DNA from: an uncultured Syntrophobacterales bacterium
GTDB taxonomy: Bacteria > Desulfobacterota > Syntrophia > Syntrophales > UBA5619
Direction: 5' to 3'
Assembly: GCA_903928915.1 (NCBI GenBank)
Contig: CAIYSL010000102.1
Coordinates: forward strand, 2,035-66,034
DNA length: 64,000 nt
Shown: positions 61,125-64,000 of the stretch, in pieces
Numbering within the stretch: position 1 is the first letter of the stretch
Layout: every line of letters starts with the position of its first letter
Program-made: the position numbers and the translations under genes
The notes under the pieces: model-generated
Told to the model about the DNA's origin: nothing
Database searches by the model: none
The model's input: the letters and a program-made list of their open reading frames with translations, nothing else

Positions 61125-63070
61125 ATCAGCTCTGCTTTCATGGTTAACGTGAAGCGCAGGAAATCCCGCCTCTTCAGTTGCTCAATGCTGCTCGACTGGA
61201 CGGTGATCTGCTTCAGCAGCGGCGAGGCCTGCAGCTTCGTAAGGTACGCTACCAGGGACGATTCGAGCGACTGCCGAGGGCCCGCGATCATGCCCTCGAC
61301 GACGAGATCAACCGCGCTACCGGGAGAAGCTCCGGGTTGGGCAGCCGAGGGTTTGGCCGCATCCTTCTGCTCCGGGGGCGGCGTATCCTTAACCGCTGCT
61401 GTGGCGGACTTGGCCGGGTCTCCGCCCTTCTCAACCGTTGCCGCCCCGAACGTAGTTTTCATCTTGAGCAGCCGCACCTCCGCGGGGGTCAATTCGGCCA
61501 GTTCCCCGAGAACGGCCAGGCTTCGGTACCGCTCCCCATAGACGCGGGAAGCGGAGTCCAATTTCTTCGACGCTACCGCGACGCGGAGCAGATCATCCTG
61601 ACTCACAAAAGGTTGATACCGGGCCAGCTGCTCCTGATGCCGGTCGGCCTCCAACGTTTTTTTCGCGATCGTGCCCACATGGAACAGGGAGAGCCCGGCC
61701 AAGCCGAGGGTAAGGGCAAGAAGAATGAAAAAAACAATCCTGCTGACCTGATTGATGGTCGCGACCTGCTTCTTCTCGGCGATAGTATACAAAAGGTTAG
61801 GAGTATGGGCATTATCCGAAAGGGCCATGCCCAAGGCGGGAATCAGGGCGTTTCGCTCGGAGAGATTAAAGCTCCTCACCGCATGGTCCAACTCGAACTG
61901 CTCGGTATTGAAGGGATCCAGAACCTCGCTTTCGCAGCCGATCTGCTCGCCCACGTAGCGGATGAGCGGTACATAGACCGGCATGGCGCTCGTGACATAG
62001 ATCTTCCTGACCTCACCCGGACCGACGCTGGTCTTATAGAAATCGAAGGTCCGCTCCACCTGCCGGACAAGCCGCTCCAGCGCCGGCAGGATAACCTGAA
62101 ATTTCTCCTCTGTCCGGAGGCTGTAGCCGGCATCGTGAACGGTCAACGGCGCCGAATCCTCGCTGAGACTGAAGAGGATCTTGCGGGCCTGCGCCACGGT
62201 CAGGGCTGAGTCATTCTCCTCTTGTCCTACGGACGGGTGACGCCCGGCCTGCGAATCGAGGGCCTCCTGCAGGGCCTCGACCATGCTGTTGATGCCGGCC
62301 TTGATGCCGCGGGTGATGATCAGATTGCCCTTGCTGTAGATGTCGATCCGCGAAAAATCGTTGCCGATGAACAGGTAGGCCACGGTTTCGGTCCGCCTGG
62401 GGATCCAATCGGTACGAAAAATATTCTGGACGGCGAAGGGGACAACGGAGATCCCCGTCAAAGGCAGGTCGATTTGCGAAAAGAGGGTCTTAATCGCGGC
62501 TACCTCGCTGCGGGGCGCGGTATACGCCGTGACTATCCATTGCGGGCGTCCCTGGTCGAGCCGCTCCCCGATCACTTCAAAATCCAGGATCGTCTCTGCT
62601 TCGTTGAAGGGGCTCTCCCGCTTGATCGTCCAGAATACGGTCTTGTCGATCTGATTTTTGGGAACCCGCGGTATCAGGATGTGGCGAACGACGACATTGG
62701 CCGCCGACATCACCGCCCATACTGCAATCCGTCGATAGAGTCCGCAGAAGCGGTCGATCTCCGCCTTGAGGAAGGCGACGAATTCAGGGGAATTCCTCTG
62801 GATCTCGCCGGGGATGCGAACGTCGCGGTAGTCGATCAGGCGCCACTGCCGGTCCGCTCTTCGTTCCATTTTGACCAGACGCAGGGACTCGTGGCCGATG
62901 TCGATCCCGACGTTTATTGCTCTGGGGCGGACGGGTTTCTTGAAAAATGCCAGCGGCGTATTCTTCGTTGCCGGCAGGGGCTTCTCGGGCAGCGGGGCGG
63001 TCAAATCCGGCTGACCACTCTTTTTGCGAATGAAGTCAAGGAGTTTTTCAGTGGAGGTGATGTCATTCAT
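61121..63070 (-). CDS. PilM-PilN fusion protein (MshI-like)
   Basis: ATG at 63070 (MNDITSTEK...). The actin-like PilM fold begins INVGIDIGHESLRLVKM. There is a mid-protein TM helix (IVFFILLALTLGLAGLSLF) followed by a PilN-like periplasmic part. Confidence 0.8.
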   Translation of the reverse strand: MNDITSTEKLLDFIRKKSGQPDLTAPLPEKPLPATKNTPLAFFKKPVRPRAINVGIDIGHESLRLVKMERRADRQWRLIDYRDVRIPGEIQRNSPEFVAFLKAEIDRFCGLYRRIAVWAVMSAANVVVRHILIPRVPKNQIDKTVFWTIKRESPFNEAETILDFEVIGERLDQGRPQWIVTAYTAPRSEVAAIKTLFSQIDLPLTGISVVPFAVQNIFRTDWIPRRTETVAYLFIGNDFSRIDIYSKGNLIITRGIKAGINSMVEALQEALDSQAGRHPSVGQEENDSALTVAQARKILFSLSEDSAPLTVHDAGYSLRTEEKFQVILPALERLVRQVERTFDFYKTSVGPGEVRKIYVTSAMPVYVPLIRYVGEQIGCESEVLDPFNTEQFELDHAVRSFNLSERNALIPALGMALSDNAHTPNLLYTIAEKKQVATINQVSRIVFFILLALTLGLAGLSLFHVGTIAKKTLEADRHQEQLARYQPFVSQDDLLRVAVASKKLDSASRVYGERYRSLAVLGELAELTPAEVRLLKMKTTFGAATVEKGGDPAKSATAAVKDTPPPEQKDAAKPSAAQPGASPGSAVDLVVEGMIAGPRQSLESSLVAYLTKLQASPLLKQITVQSSSIEQLKRRDFLRFTLTMKAELM

Positions 63071-63277
63071 ACGGAACAAACGCGCACTCCTCGATTTCAC
63101 CGTGGCGGAACAGACCCAGCCCTGACACCTCCGAAGTGTCCGGAAGAATATAGCAAAATTCAACATTAATACAATCTTTTTTTGACTCCTGCGGCCGCTG
63201 GTCGTTACAGGGCAGGATTCCGCATTTAGGGACCGGCTTGTCCTTAGCGCAGACGATCCGGGGCGTTGCGCAGCAGG

Positions 63278-64000
63278 TTAATGTTCAGTAGTTGGACATT
63301 GCCGGGAAAGCGGGCTCGGTACGGAGGGTCGGAAACAATTGCCCGGCCCGTTCGAGTAAAGCAGGCGCCGATAGCTTCGGGGGGGTTGAGCAGGCGAGCC
63401 TGTTTCGATACGTTCCGTAGATCCATTCGTCAAGGTCGCCTGGATCGTGTCATTCACGGTGTCCGTCGACTGCTTGGTGCCCGGCGAATAGATCACTTCA
63501 GCATTCCCGTCGCTACCGGTGGTCTTGGTGGCAACCGTAACCGTTTCAGGTAAGGATGCGGGAGTCCCCGAGTTCATGACAATGATCGAAAAGGTCACCG
63601 CCGCACCGCTCACGGAAGCGCCCACCGCATCCACCACTCTGGCCGTGACGACACTGGTCTGGCCTACGCTGAGCTAAGATGGCAATGCGGTGAGACTGGT
63701 GATCACCGGCTGAGACGCGGTCTGGCCCGCGCGGCGGATTATCACCGCCCTGGTCGAGCCGTTCGGCAGGGAGGCCTGCAAAATGTCCTCTACAGCGGCA
63801 GTCGGCGACCCATTACCCGACGTATAGACCGCTGCGACCGTTCCGGTGCTGTCCGTTCTCATAACCGTTCCTGCCGCCGGCAAGAGCGTGGAGCCAGAGG
63901 CATTGATCGGGATCGAAAAGGTCACTACCGCGCCGCTCACGGGAGCACCTGCCGTATCCACCACCAGGGCCGTGATGATGCTGGACTGGCCCGCCTCGAG
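63278..64000 (-). pseudogene. Bacterial Ig-like (Big_1/invasin-type) repeat surface protein, 3' portion, interrupted by an in-frame TAG at 63674-63676; 5' end lies outside the window
   Basis: Track ORFs 63674..63964 and 63278..63637 are in the same frame. Reading through gives ...TALPS*LSVGQTSVVTARVVDAVGASVSGAAVTFSI..., matching the upstream repeat LEAGQSSIITALVVDTAGAPVSGAVVTFSI. The VVDxxGxxVSGAxVTFS...GxxxVxYxxG pattern is typical of Big_1. Confidence 0.6.

Noticed and set aside
63674-63676. The TAG as a pyrrolysine or programmed read-through codon
   Set aside because: No pyl genes or PYLIS-like context are visible in the window. A simple pseudogene or a sequencing error in a repetitive gene is more parsimonious.
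1-64000. CRISPR arrays, integrase/transposase genes, IS elements, rRNA, toxin-antitoxin pairs
   Set aside because: I scanned the intergenic regions and the ORF translations. I found no regularly spaced direct repeats, no recombinase or transposase motifs and no rRNA-like sequence. The only mobile-element hint is the tRNA-Arg fragment.

Overview
A 64 kb bacterial chromosome segment in two parts. Gene content (three tungsten-type aldehyde:ferredoxin oxidoreductase (AOR) paralogs, sigma-54 control, many PAS/GGDEF proteins) suggests an anaerobic Desulfobacterota/deltaproteobacterium-like organism; this is inference only. LEFT PART (1-39.6 kb) is very GC-rich (hand counts on 60-nt lines: 10021-10080 = 37/60 GC, 30001-30060 = 43/60). 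It holds a truncated DMT transporter, an 1835-aa CheB-CheR-PAS histidine kinase, two small paralogous membrane proteins and a membrane-fused spermidine-synthase-like protein. It also holds a 12-gene minus-strand catabolic cluster (Liv-type ABC importer, SDR, AOR, MoaD-like carrier, MFS, two cupins, CocE/NonD hydrolase). Further genes are a nitrilase-superfamily hydrolase, AOR paralog 2, cNMP/c-di-GMP signalling proteins, Slt transglycosylase, serS followed by two tRNA-Ser genes, an HU/IHF protein, and a ferredoxin + AOR paralog 3 operon. That last operon is preceded by a clear cobalamin riboswitch with an intrinsic terminator. RIGHT PART (39.6-64 kb) starts at a 3' fragment of tRNA-Arg(ACG) (39618-39664), where GC drops abruptly (40381-40440 = 26/60; 43441-43500 = 31/60; 58381-58440 = 34/60). 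It looks like an accessory island that extends beyond the window. It carries (i) a signalling module: a 2TM/coiled-coil/PAS-like protein, two MORN-repeat proteins, a histidine kinase and a receiver-class III cyclase. It carries (ii) a second HK/RR pair and (iii) an MSHA-like type IV pilus system. That system comprises a PilM-N fusion, PilO-like and MshK-position proteins, a lipoprotein secretin, an ExeA/MshM-like ATPase, an MshE ATPase with a tandem c-di-GMP-binding motif, a platform protein and a sigma-54-dependent pilin with a membrane-anchored activator. It also includes a GT-C/TPR membrane protein, four minor pilins (one carrying an L-type lectin domain) and an Ig-like repeat adhesin interrupted by an in-frame TAG. 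No CRISPR array, integrase, transposase or rRNA was seen. All calls come from reading the sequence and ORF translations; no database search was run. Many long ORFs in the track are antisense or out-of-frame shadows typical of high-GC DNA and were rejected.
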